From Hypanus sabinus (taxonomy: Eukaryota): 64,000 bases of DNA. Where the stretch lies: NCBI RefSeq assembly GCF_030144855.1, contig NC_082725.1, positions 61,194,001 through 61,258,000 of the forward strand, given 5' to 3'. This document shows, one piece after another, positions 36,745-49,245 of this stretch. The notes under the pieces are model-generated. The model worked only from the letters and a program-made list of their open reading frames with translations. It was not told where the DNA came from and made no database searches. A program made the position numbers and the translations under genes. The first letter of the stretch is position 1, and each line of letters begins with the position of its first letter.

Positions 36745-39485
36745 AGGGACAGTACATAAACAGGAACAAACCCTTAGGCCCACAATATTGTGCTAAACTA
36801 ATTCAATTAAATAATCAAATGCACAACTAAGCTAATTCATTCCACCTACATTATATATATATATATCCTTCAATTTTCTGCACATTTATGTGCCTATTTT
36901 TACACCTCTTAAATGTATCTATCATATCAGCCTCCACTTTCACATCTAGCAGTGCATTCTGGGCAAACACCACTCTCTGTATAAGAAAGACCTTGCCCCC
37001 ACATCTCCATTGAACTTATACTCTCTCACCTTAAATGTATGCCCTCTGGTATCAGACATTTCAACATGAGATAAATAATGGGACCATGAACTTTATCTAT
37101 GCCTCCCACAAGTTTATAAATGTTTATCATTTCCCCCTCAGTCTCCACCACTCTAGAGAAAACAGTCCAAGTTTGTCCAACCTTTTGTTATAGCACATGT
37201 CCTCTAATCCAGGCAGTGTCCTGGTAAACCACTTCTGTGTCCTCTCCAAAGACTTGAAATCTTTCCTACAATGGGCAACCAGAACTGAATGCAATACTCC
37301 AGGTGTGGCTTAACTAGAGCTTTATAAAACTGCAATTTCCTGACTCTCGAATTCGACCAATAAAAGCAAGTATACCATATGCCTTCATTCTATCCTATCA
37401 ACCTGTGTAGGCATTTTCAGGGTGCTATGAAACAGGACCCAAAGATGCCTCTGCATATTGACAGTAATGAGGATCTTGCCACTAACAGTGTACTGTTTTT
37501 TTACACTTGACCTCCCAAAGAGTAATTTTGACAAAAGTTAAATTCCAATGTGGTTCCTCTGCAGCTGATCAATATTCCATTATATCCTTTGCCAATTTCT
37601 ACACTATCCACAACGCCACCAATCTTTGAATTATCTGCAAACTTACTGACCCACATTTCTACATTTTTCATCCAGGTCATTTACAAATATCACAAACAGA
37701 GAAAGTTCAACCAACCACTATCTTGGACAAGCCAATTACAGTGCCTATTAAAAGTATTCACCCCCCCCCCCTGGAAGTTTTCATGTTTTATTGTTTTACA
37801 ACATTGAATCACGGTGGATTTAATTTGGCTTTTTTGACCGTGATCAACAGAAAAAGACTCTTTGTGTCAAAGTGAAAACAGATTTCTGTAAAGTGATCTA
37901 AATTAATTACAAATATAAAGCTCAAAATAATTGATTGCATAAGTATTCACCCCCTTTAATATGACACACTAAATTATCACTGGTACAGAAGTCACATAAT
38001 TAGTTAAATGGTGATCACCTGTGTGCAGTCAAGGTGTTTCAATTGATTGTAGTGAAAATACACCTGTATCTGGAAGGTCCAACTGCTGGAGAGTCAGTAT
38101 CCTGGCAAAAACTACACCAAGAAGACAAAAGAATGCTCCAAGCAACTTTGTGAAAAGGTTATTGAAAAGCACAAGTCAGGAGATAGATACAAGAAAATAT
38201 CCAAATCATTCAATATCCCTTGGAGTACAGTGAAGTCAATAATCAAGAAATGGAAAGAATATGGCACAGCTGTAAATTTGCCTAGAGCAGGCCATCCTCA
38301 AAACCCTATGACAACTCTGGAGGAGTTACAAGCTTCAGTAGCTGAGATGGAAGAGACTGCGCATACAACAACTGTTGCCTAGGTGCTTCACCAGTCGCAG
38401 CTTTATGGGAGCGTGGTAAAGAGAAAGCCACTGTTGAAAAAAAACTCCCATGACATTTCAGCTAGGGTTTGCCAGAAGGCATGTGGGTGACTCTGAAGTC
38501 AGCTGAAAGAAGGTCCTATAGTCTGATGAAATCAAAATTGAGCTTTTTGGTCATCAGAGTAAATGTGATCTTTGGTGTAAGCAGCACACATTATCAAAAA
38601 CACACTATCCCTACAATGAAGCATGGTGGTGGCTGCATCGTGCTCTGGGAATGTTACACAGCAGCTGGCCCTAGAAGGCTTGTGAAATGAATGCAGCAAA
38701 AATGGGGAAATCTTGGAGGAAAACCTGATGCAGTCTGCAAGAGAACTGCAACTTGGGAGAAGATTTGTTTTTCATCAAGACAATGATTACAAGCATAAAG
38801 CCAAAACTACACAGGAATGGCTTAAAAACAACAAAGTTAATGTCCTGGAGTGGCCAAATCAGAGTCCTGATCTCAGTTCAATTGAGAATTTGTGGCTGGA
38901 CTTGAAAAGGGCTGTTCACTCATGATCCCCGGGCAATCTGACAGAGCTTGAGCAGTTTTGTAAAGCAGAATATGGAAAACTTGCAGTGTCCAGATATGCA
39001 AAGCTGATAGAGACCTATCCTTACAGACTAAAGGCTGTGATTGTTGTCAAAGGTGCATTTACTAAATACTGATATGAAGGTGGTGAATACTTATGCAATC
39101 ATTAATATGTGTTTTATATTTCTAATTAATTTGTTGTAGATATCTGTTTTGACTTTGGCACAAGAGTCTTTTTCAGTTGATAAGTGTCAAAAAAGCCAAA
39201 TTAAACCCACTGTGATTCAATGTTGTAAAACAACAAAACATGAAAACTTCCAAGGTGGATGAATACTTTTTATAGGCACTATATGAATTCAAATGGTCAA
39301 TTCATCATGCATTCCAGGTATTTTAATCTTCTGGATAGGCCACCTATGAGGGATCTTGTCAAACCTCTTACTAAAAGTCATGTAGACAACACCCAGAGCT
39401 CTACCTTCATCAATCACCTCCACAAAAAACTCAATCAAGTTAGTAAGACATAACTTGCCCTGCACAAAGCCACATTGACTGTCCA
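36745..39485 (-). mobile_element. CR1 fragment interrupted by a Tc1 element
   Basis: CR1 3' region at 36745-37736; SQCGFVQGKLCLTNLIEFF..FDKIPH after 39284. Confidence 0.8.
37739..39281 (+). mobile_element. full-length degenerate Tc1-like transposon with long IR/DR-type TIRs
   Basis: TA|cagtgcctattaaaagtattcacccc ... gaatactttttataggcacta|TA; internal direct repeat aagtattcacccc; FHQDNDYKH and [15 protein letters not shown] motifs. Confidence 0.93.
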
Positions 39486-39599
39486 AAAGATCAACTCTGA
39501 AAGGAAAGTTACAGGCTATTGATTGCAGTGATTAATAGGGTAATCTGCAGTAGTTTTGTTTGCTGCCAGCAAGTCATCACCAATGCCATCTTAAACTGT

Positions 39600-40400
39600 G
39601 TTGTCTCAGGGCCAGGGAGAGGGCCTGTTCAATAACCTCAGGCAGTCTCAAAGGTAGCTTGCCGATGGGAACACCCACTGGAACGCAGTCTTTTCCAAGA
39701 CACCCGATATATTGGATTCAGTATCATCGTTAGGTGGGGAATATGTTGTCACCAATACCCAAGTAGCCCCACAAAATACTGGGTCTCCTCTTTAAAGGTG
39801 GAAACCTTTGCTCCCAATTTTGGCCTTTTCCAGTATTTCCTATTGTCCAGAATGCCATTGTATTCACAAGAACAACACATCCTGGCTAGGCCCTTGCATC
39901 CTGTCAGGATTGATAGACCATCGGCAGGTTATTCCACTGTCTTGAAGCTCAGCAGTTTATCCCCACTCTCATAAATCCTAGTGATCAGGACCCACTGATG
40001 GAGAGCCTTAGTCCCCTCCTCCACTATGTTCCACTCTTCTCGAGATTTAAAATCCCAGTCTAACAGGGAGGGATGTTTAACCTTTGCCACGGCCGTTACT
40101 CTCTCCCATGAAGACTTCTGCACCCCAACAGTCCCTTGTAAGGCATTGTTTGCCCCAGGGTTTGATGACAACCCATTTCCCAGTGGGATAAGGGCAGCCT
40201 TGGTTCCACCTCCCCCTACATTCTATATACTTAACAACCATGCCACTAATAATTCCCCCAGTTTCACTTCTGTAGCAATCCCCCAGCTCCACCAATTCCT
40301 TGGAGGAGTAGTCCTTTATCATCACCAAGGTGACCACCATTTCAGGTTCTACAACCACTCTGCCTCTGACTGGATGGCACATTGTCCCAGGATGTGGGTT
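39600..40400 (-). mobile_element. ERV-L-like endogenous retrovirus remnant (gag fragment joined to RT fragment)
   Basis: manual minus-strand translation gives WSINPDRMQGPS..LFL*IQW and KEETQYFVGLLGYW*QHIPHL..LNPIYRV (pol), and YSSKELVELG..R, LVAWLLSI*NVGG, WNIVEEGTKAL (gag). Confidence 0.75.
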
Positions 40401-41236
40401 TGTCCCGGAGTGCTGTGAGGCCTGGAGGCTGAGGGGCCCCTGGAGAGTGAGATTGATCAAACCACATTTCTGTGGACATATTAACCTGAGATTGTAGTGA
40501 TTTCAAGGGCTGGGAGGGGACAAACAGATGAGGGTGATTTTCCACCCTCTTTTCCTAATCCTCAGGATCAAATCAAATATTCCCATCCCAGGTATCTTAC
40601 TGTATCTTGTCGACTACATCAAATGTTACATTACAACAAGGTCTTGGGCCCACCTTGGGAAGGCAAAAGGACACAGCTTCCAGTAAGTTTCTATGTCCTA
40701 TGGAATAGGACAGAATAGCAAGCATTAAAATACTTATCTCGGAATGTGCAGGCCCCTCTCAGTTTCTCACTCTGCCTGATCGTGGGTGGCTTTCATGACC
40801 AGCCAGTCAGTACGTCTTTGAAGAACTACCCCCAAGCCTCTAACCGTTCTACCTTTATACTAATTCCACTGACATGGAATGCTGCATTAAGTGGCCCAAT
40901 ACATTAGTACCAGCTCAAACCACCAAAACCAGAACCAATCATCACATCACCACTCTTTATGAATCCCGGCCCTATATTCACCTAACTTTCAGGTTGCCAC
41001 AGTGTAATGAAAGCTCCTGCAGCCAGTTCTGTTACATTCAATGCCACTGTGGTGAGATACTTAACAAGCACAAAGATTAAATACATTGGCCTGAGCAGTC
41101 ATCAATCCAGTGGTGCCAAGCACTACCACATCCATTAGGGTTGGAATGTGCCTTTAAAAATCTGTGTGCTGACCACTCCAACTTCTTCCAGCGTTATGTT
41201 AATCAATCCTCCGAGGTATACACCGACCTGGAGTTA

Positions 41237-41625
41237 CACTACTGGAGTTTAGGGCAGCAATAAAGGTCTCCCATCTCTGGTGATGTTCAGGGCTTCCTAC
41301 ATCATGTCAGTAGTTTTCACTCAATTTTCACTACTGTCAGTCATGCAAGTCCCAGGTGAAGACTTAGGAATACCATCATGCTCAGATGTAGGAAGATTCT
41401 TCATTGCTGTTTCTGTAACAATTTTGTTTTACCAGTGAGGGTTGTTAGCCCCAACCTGAACTCTGAACCCTGGAGGACTGGTGGACCACTCTCAGACTGG
41501 CTTCTACCTTTGACCTGTTTGGCATGGGTGACCCTACCAAGAGCCAAAGCATTATGCCTGACTCAAGTCACTGAGGTGTGCAAGCCTCCAAACCATGACA
41601 AGATTGTGGTTCTCTTGGAGGATAC
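41237..41625 (-). mobile_element. short RTE-derived non-autonomous element
   Basis: ccccaacctg..ggagga..ggcatgggtgaccctacc motif resembling RTE 5' ends. Confidence 0.45.
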
Positions 41626-42522
41626 TGCTAATATTGATTTCCAAAGATATCTGCTCCCTGTGCTTTTTGAACATGTATCTTGAAGGTCTCTTCACACCTT
41701 GAACATTTCTCTTCCTCCCTACCTCCAACACTAAGGCCTCCAGTACTCTGTCCAAAACTTCTGGAGACCATTCTCTTCCATATGATGCCACCCTTCAATG
41801 TTTCTAAGGTCAGCAATTTGTATGCTACACCTTCTTGCACCTGCTCAGCTATAGCGTATGTGCACCGAAAGAGATGTATATTGTTCTTATACAGGTTGGA
41901 TTACCTTTAGCTAGTGCTAGACGTTCATCATATTGGCCTCAGTGCAGATTACACTAGTCTCTGTGCTACAAACAATGATAATTAGTAGCAGTACAAAGTT
42001 AGATCAGTAGCTGGTGTACATCAAACAGGAGAGGGTTAATCTTATTACTAAAAACAGAAAAGATTGAAACACGCAGCAGGTCAGGTGGTGACTTTGAACA
42101 GAAATGTTAAAGCTTTCTTTTCAGGAGATGCTCTGTGATTTGCAGCATTTTCTGTTTTTATTTTAGAATTCCAGCAAGTGTAATGTTTTGATTTTCACTG
42201 AGAGTTAATCCTACTTCTTGATTCAAATGAGTGATTTCATGTGCTCTTCCTGCCTAATACCTATAACACTGGCTGGCTGTGGAATGTGGAGACCTGAAGT
42301 GATAAAGCTTTCTTCTCACATGAGAAAACTCACTCTACATTATAACAGTTAGATCTATTTATAGAACATTTTGTGCATAAAGATAACCACTATTATTGAT
42401 AAATGTTGACATTCCCACTAATCTTTTAACATCAAAAGAGATCCAAAATGTGTACAATCCTGCTGGGATTTTTTGTACTGTTTACCCCAGTATTAATTTG
42501 TCACGTATATGGTTTGTTCCAG

Positions 42523-43395
42523 ATGGGTCGATACCATGATGGGGGTGGCCCCTTCAACAGCCTCCACCACTTGCCTTGCATGGAAGCTCCAGATAGATAT
42601 GGCATTATAGCAGAACCAAACTTTTCCATTCCAACGCACCACTACTCCCATTTTCAAAATACAGAGCCTTACAAGTCGAGTTATGATCCCAGCAACAACA
42701 TGGGAGAGATGACTTCACCACTTCAGAAGGTCTGCAATCCAAGGATCTATATGCCTCGAGGTTCATGTGGCTATGATTTTGCTGTGCCTGGTTACATGGG
42801 TTCTAGCACTTATCCAGCTCTTTACAAAGATACTGGTAATATACAGCCTGAGGTTGACTCAGGAAAGATGTGCATGCAGCTTAATGGATCTCAGCAGGGC
42901 TCTTTGAATGTTCATGATCGGAACTTAGATGTGCCAAATAAACATCATGGATGGAAGCAAATATTGAAAGGATATGGGAACGACTGTGGACACATCACAC
43001 CCAATTCCAGTCATTATTACAATGGGGAATACCCTTGCAGATTAGCTGGTTCTGGATCTACTCCTCCAGCTTTACAAACTATCATAACCACAACTACCAA
43101 GGTCTCCTATCAAACTTACAAACCTATGAGCAAGTTTGGTGATAACATCTGTGATGCTAAAAATCTTCCAAACTGCAACCATTTGGCAGAAATCATGCCT
43201 CCTTCCATATATCCTGAGACAAAATTCCAAGAGGACAATGGTGTGATCAAGTCATCCCTAGTCTATCAACAGGAAGGAACGTCTAAAACAGACCGGTCTG
43301 AAGGGCTGGAAAACTACAGATATGGAAGTTGTCCCACAAATTCCTACCCTGATCGATTAGTTCATTCCTTCAGATATGAGACTGGAGAATACTAA
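42523..43395 (+). CDS. gcm2: GCM2 coding exon 5 (transactivation region and C-terminal conserved inhibitory domain)
   Basis: ttgttccag|ATGGGT, phase 0; NPRIYMPR and ALQTIITTTTKVSYQTYK motifs diagnostic of GCM2 rather than GCM1; TAA at 43393-95. Confidence 0.95.
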   Translation: MGRYHDGGGPFNSLHHLPCMEAPDRYGIIAEPNFSIPTHHYSHFQNTEPYKSSYDPSNNMGEMTSPLQKVCNPRIYMPRGSCGYDFAVPGYMGSSTYPALYKDTGNIQPEVDSGKMCMQLNGSQQGSLNVHDRNLDVPNKHHGWKQILKGYGNDCGHITPNSSHYYNGEYPCRLAGSGSTPPALQTIITTTTKVSYQTYKPMSKFGDNICDAKNLPNCNHLAEIMPPSIYPETKFQEDNGVIKSSLVYQQEGTSKTDRSEGLENYRYGSCPTNSYPDRLVHSFRYETGEY

Positions 43396-43748
43396 ACATA
43401 ATCAAATGTTTGCATTGAGTTGAATATAATTGTTGTTATGGTCTCTGATTGTGGTCCTCATCATTTATACAGAAACTACCCTTTGGATTGATACATAAAA
43501 AAATAATATTTCAATCCATTGCAAGAGATCTAAATAGAAAGCTATTTTGCGAAGAAAAAACATTTCAGGATGTATATTGTGTGCATTTCTCTGACATTAA
43601 ACTTGACCTTTAAGCCTTTTGTATTGAGAATTACGATTTTAGCCCTGTTGTTAACTAAAATGTACTATACATTATCTTTGAAATGCTTCAATGAAAACCT
43701 GATGAATTGATCTGTAATTAAATTACAATTTAACCTGAAACCTTTAAA

Positions 43749-43754
43749 AATAAA
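43749..43754 (+). terminator. candidate gcm2 polyadenylation signal AATAAA
   Basis: first canonical AATAAA I found after the stop codon; usage unverified. Confidence 0.35.
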
Positions 43755-45699
43755 CCCCAGAAAAGCCTAGAAAAGCAAGGACCAAACTTGAATGGAACTT
43801 ATTGAACTGAACCATTCCGAAATCTTGAAACGATTCCTTCAGTTCTTGACCAACCAGAGACACTTCAAGTATAAAACTGCAATTCAAACCATTGATGCTT
43901 ACCTAGCTAAAGATGATAATTATTTCATCTCTTCCATATCAATATCCTTCATAGTCAACACTGTTATCATTATGGAAACTATTGTTAAAAGTACAGTTAT
44001 ATGTTTGATCTAAAATATGGTTAAATAATCTTATTATATTTGTTAAATATGTACAATCCAAGAAGGTCTGGGTATGAATTGATACATTAAGTGCCACAGC
44101 ATCATGTGTTTTTGTTTAGAAACTCAGAGGAATAAGAAAATACTAATTTGGAACTTGACCAGGTTCCATGAGTGTGTTCTGGCGTTCTACAAGATTGTGT
44201 GTGATCTCCCTCTGGGCCATTTTCTTCCAATATCCTCATATCTCTTGATTGCCTCATCCTTTGGAAACTGTTCCAATCAAGTGTACTCAGCAGTTTCAAC
44301 TCTAATGTGACGTAGCACAAAAGAGCATGGATGTTAGGAGCCAAAGAGCTGAGTCCATTGTGTTTTCCAAGAATCCTGGAATGTTCTAGAGTCCAATTTG
44401 TTCTCAGCCTTTAAAGTTGGACCCCTTTGCTCATTGGGGTGACAAGGAATGGAATGCAATTTTTCATCTGTCACCACCCCAAAGATGAACATAATCCAAA
44501 ACTGAGTGATGGTACTCTGTATTTGTATCAGCAGCCCAGTTGGAGAGGTCTTTCATTTTCTGATCATACTGGAATATTGAACTTCAGACAGCAAATTGGG
44601 TTAAGATAGTAAAGCATTGGAAAAACATAAGTTTTTACCTTTCGCTCAATTCTGTATGTCAGAATTTGGACAGAATTGACATCTTTCAAGTCTTTGGGAT
44701 GCCCCAAGTTCTTTCATACCAATTAAAGCATGTAGAAAATAGATCTCTGATTATTGATGCATCAAAACATTTAGCATTAACATTAGGTCTGGTATCATAT
44801 TCCCATATTTTCTTTTGTTAGAGAAGTAGTTCCTTTGGCCCATCAAATCTATACTGGGTCAGTTCCATTCCTTGGAACCTTTTCTCTCTCAACTCCACAA
44901 CCCTCCCCCCTCCCTCCCACCACATCTTCCACTGCCCACCTGTATTAGAGGCAATTTAAACCAGCCAACTAACCAACCAATCTATCAACCAGTACATCTT
45001 TGAGATGTGGGAAGAAATAGTCAAGTCACAGGGAGAACATAGAAACTATACACAGTCAGAATTAAACCCAGATTGTTGGAATCGTGCAGAACATTAACTG
45101 TCATATGATTGTGCCATCAAGAATAACTAAGTTAGTCAAAATGTCATTTGAAATTGTATGAGGATGATTCATATCCAGAAAGACATTGTAAAAAGGGTCC
45201 TGCACCGTTCCTGACAGGACAAAACTACAGACAGTACTTCATGCCTTAAGAGACACTCTTCAAGCAGCCACACAGCAGAGGAGAGGGAGGCTGTCAGGTA
45301 CAGGGGGAAGTCTGACATAGTTAATGAGGCATATGACAGGAGGTAGGTCCTGTGTATCAGGTGCCCCTGACAAGCATGACTAGCATCAGCTCCAAGTCAG
45401 AAGGATGAATCAATGGTAGCAACTGCTAAAGAGTTTGCCCAGACCCTGATGTGCAGGTTCAGGATTTTGATGATACCCCTCCTGAGCTCACACATTATTT
45501 CTCAGCACATTTCCCCAAGAAGCACAACCACCTGTTCCCACAGCCAGCCACCCCAGAATTGCTCTTTCAAGTGGTATTAGTAGGTAGACTGTGGATGATC
45601 CATCTGCAGCCATAGAGTCATTGCAACATTGCTCTAGTTCACCAAAACACTCGTATAAGATACATAAAGTATCAAGTGTGTAAGTTTACAACTGAATGT

Positions 45700-45900
45700 T
45701 GTAGTATCCTCCGGTGCCACAATGGCACATTGGGCGACAACCCTGCCATTTATTTAGCGTTTTTCTGTTTTATGAGGCTGAGTTGCTAGCTCAACGCTCA
45801 ACCTAGCACAGAAGGAAATTATCCAAGGAGCCGGCTGAATTTGAACCCAGGATCTCTTGCCTCAAAGTCCTGTCCGTGCAGATGCCAATCTACCACCAGC
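45700..45900 (-). mobile_element. SINE-like element
   Basis: tRNA-like B-box on the minus strand (gggttcaaattc). Confidence 0.45.
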
Positions 45901-46239
45901 CAGCATAACCAAATGTTATGGTCTTCTATTAATGTATGATTTGTTGTAGCTGTGTTATGTGTGATTCTCAAGATATTGGTATAGTTAAAATGCATTTTGC
46001 TTTAGGATAAGTAGCATAATTAGAACATGGAGTAATATAGCATTGAAGAAGGACCTTCAGCCAAATTCCCCATGCTTTCCAAGATGCTCATCTATGCATT
46101 TGCCCACATTTGACCCTTATTTCTCTAAATCTTTCCTATCCACATACCTGTCCAAACATAATTCAAATGTTATAGTACCTGCCTCAAATAATTCTGTAGA
46201 GGTAAGTCACACTGGTGTGGCTTCTGCTGGCATTGGTTT

Positions 46240-46470
46240 ATAGCGGTTAGAACAGCATCTTACAGTGTCTACACTCAACAATTGAACATAGAACATAGAG
46301 AGTACAGCACAGGTTCAGGCCATTCAGCCCACAGTGTTGTGCCAAATCAGCTAAAAAGCCAGTTCGGCACAACATTGTGGGCTGAATGGCCTGTTCCTGT
46401 GCTATAATTTTCTATATTCTATGTTCAATTGTTGAGTGTAGACACTGTAAGATGCTGTTCTAACTGCTAT
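46240..46470. repeat. long inverted repeat (two ~105-bp arms) built from SINE-head and CR1-tail sequence
   Basis: arm 46240-46343 is the near-perfect reverse complement of 46366-46470. Confidence 0.9.
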
Positions 46471-47614
46471 GCTACCATGCTTTTTTTAAGGAGAAAGCAT
46501 TATTCACTCCCAAGCTTCAGTTAAGGTTTACTTCAAGCATATGGTATGAATAATGTTAGTAAACATCATTAGATGAAGTATGAATTGGTGTTCAGTTCCC
46601 ATCCCTGTCTGTAAAGAGTTTGTATGTTCTCCCCATGATTGCATTGGTTTCCACCAAGTGTTCCAGTTTTCTCCCACATTCCAAGGGTTAGGGTTAGTGA
46701 GATACGGACAGGTTATGTTGGCACTGGAAGCATGGTAACACTTGTGGTTTGCTCTCAGCATCTTCAGGTTGTTTTAGTTTTTAAGGCAAATAATGCATTT
46801 CACCATATCTTTCAATTTTTCAAAATACATGTGACAAATAAGGCCAATCTCTTCAACCTTTAAAAATGAGAGCTTCACTGCAACAGGAGTGTGAACATTT
46901 CACAACAGTTATCAAATATTCCAACTCCTGCCATTACTGTTGAGTTATTCTGGCAATGAGAATGTGTATGAACACCATGTAAGATTAATTACCATCTTGC
47001 AATTTTTATCCCTTCCTTGTCCAGCTCTTAAATTCAATAGCTGCTGCAGGGACAGAGAATTATGAGGAAGGTCACATAGTGAGATAAAACATTATACAGT
47101 GTCATTCCTCTGGGAGACCCCCTACCTGCAGGTGGTCAAAGGCAACTGGATTAAGAGGGCATTGGTGAAATATGATGGCACGATGAGGAAAATATGAAGC
47201 TATATACTGATCAGACCTGATTGTTTGCAGCAGAGTGGAATTTTATTGCTGATACATCAATTGTTCCATTAAACAGGAAAACAAAGATTTTTCTTCCTGA
47301 ATACTTATCCAAGCAACCATTGGTTCCATGGTGAAAACAGATTGTGTGAAATAATTTCTCTGTGAAGATTACGTCTTCAATGTTGACACAATATTGGAGA
47401 GCAAATTTTATTTCTTTATTTATTGATTGATTTATTTTGTGAATCAGATACCTCTGACAATTCCGATGTAACCCTAACTTACTCACAAGACAATTTAAAT
47501 GACCATTTAACCTACCTGGTACATCTTTGGACTGTGGGAGGAAACCTGAGTACCCAGGTAAAACCCACACATTCTATGGGGAGGATGTACAGAAACTCCT
47601 TACAGATTACCTCT

Positions 47615-47976
47615 GATAGAGGTGTATAAGATGATGAGAGGGTTTGATTGTGTTATAGGCAGAGGCCTTTTCCCAGGGCTGAAATGACTATCCTGAGAGG
47701 GCACAGTTTTAAGGTGCTTGGAAGTAGGTACAGAGGAGATGTCAGGGATAAGTTTTTTATACAGAAAGTGGTGAGTGCATGGAATAGGCTGCCGGCGATG
47801 GTGATGGAGGCAGATACAACAGGGTCTTTTAAGGGACTCCTGGACAGGTACATGGAGCTCATAAAAATAGAGGGCTATGGGTAACCCGAGGTAATTTCTA
47901 AGGTAAGGACATGTTCGGCACAGCTTTGTGGGCTGAAGGGCCTGTATTGTGCTGTAGGTTTTCTATGTTTCTATGA
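47615..47976 (+). mobile_element. CR1 3' fragment inserted in a SINE
   Basis: RGHSFKVLG.RYRGDVRDKFF.QKVVSAWN.LP; tail ttctatgtttctatg. Confidence 0.85.
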
Positions 47977-48304
47977 CGCCAGAATTAACCTCAGATCTCT
48001 GCAATAGCATCTGTAATTGAGGGAAATGGCAAAGTGTGCTGTAGACATTTGGACTGAGGGGATTGAGAATCACTGCGATTTTGATCTCCAAAGAAAGAAG
48101 GTATATAATGAAAGTAAATTAAAGTGAAACATAAACACTAGTTGCGAGTTTCAATTTGTATGTAGAAAGGAAAGAGGCTAAAGAGGTCATTGGAATTGGA
48201 ATTGGTTTATTATTGCTATATGTACTGAGATCCAATGAAAAGTCAGTCTTGTATACAGTTCACACTGATGAAAGCATTGCACAGTGCAAGGAAGTAGAAC
48301 AAAG

Positions 48305-49245
48305 TTTGTGATATATATAAGTGACCTGGATGAAAATGTAGATGGTGGATTTATAAGTTTATAGATGATACAAAGATTGGTGGTGTTGTGGATAGTGTAG
48401 AAGACTGGCAAAGAATACAGCAGGATATAGATCAATTGCAAATATGGGCAGAGAAATGGTAGATGGAGTTTAACCCAGCCAAGTGTGAAATGTAGCACCT
48501 TGGTAGATCAATGTAAGGAGACCCTTTATAAAGGGTAGACCTTTAAAAGTGTTAATAAGTAGAGGGATCTTGGGGTCCAAATTCATAGCTCCCTGTAAGT
48601 GGCTACACAAATTGATAAGATGGTTAAGAAGAGATATAGCAGGCTTGCCTTTATTCGTTGAGGCATTGAGTTCAAAAGTCAATAAGTTTGTTGCAGCTTT
48701 ATAAAACTAGCTAGGCCACTTCTGGAATATTGCATCTAGTTCTGGTTACCCCATTAAGGGAAGCTTTGGAAAGGGTGTAGAAGAGGTTTACCAGAATGTT
48801 GCCTGGATCAGAGGGCATGTGCTAAAACAAGGAGTTAGACAAATTTGGGTTGTTTTCCCTGGAGAGACCAAGGCTGAAGGGAGATCTGATAAGATTTTGA
48901 GAGGTATAGATAGACTAGACAGACAGTATCTTTCTCCAAGCATTGAAATATCTAACACCAGAGGGTATGCATTTAAGGTGAGAGGGAGCAATTCAAAGAA
49001 ATGTGAGAGGCAAGATTTTTTACACAGAAAATGATGGGTTCCTGGAATGCATTGCCTGGTGGTAGAGACAAATAAGTTAGGGACTTTTAAGAGATGTTTG
49101 GATAAGCATATGAATATGGGGAAAATGGAAGTATATAGACATTGATGAGATTAATTTGAATAAAAATTTAATTGGTTCTGCACACATTATAGGCCAAAGG
49201 GCCTGTTTCTGCTTTGTACTGTTCTGTTTTATGTTCTGTGTTCTA
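48305..49245 (+). mobile_element. CR1 3' fragment
   Basis: gatgatacaaagattggtggtg (DDTKIGG) through to the 3' tail. Confidence 0.85.

Noticed and set aside
42448-42522. Hydrophobic signal-peptide-like N-terminus of the 315-aa ORF
   Set aside because: It is intron 4 polypyrimidine sequence read in frame; the exon starts at 42523
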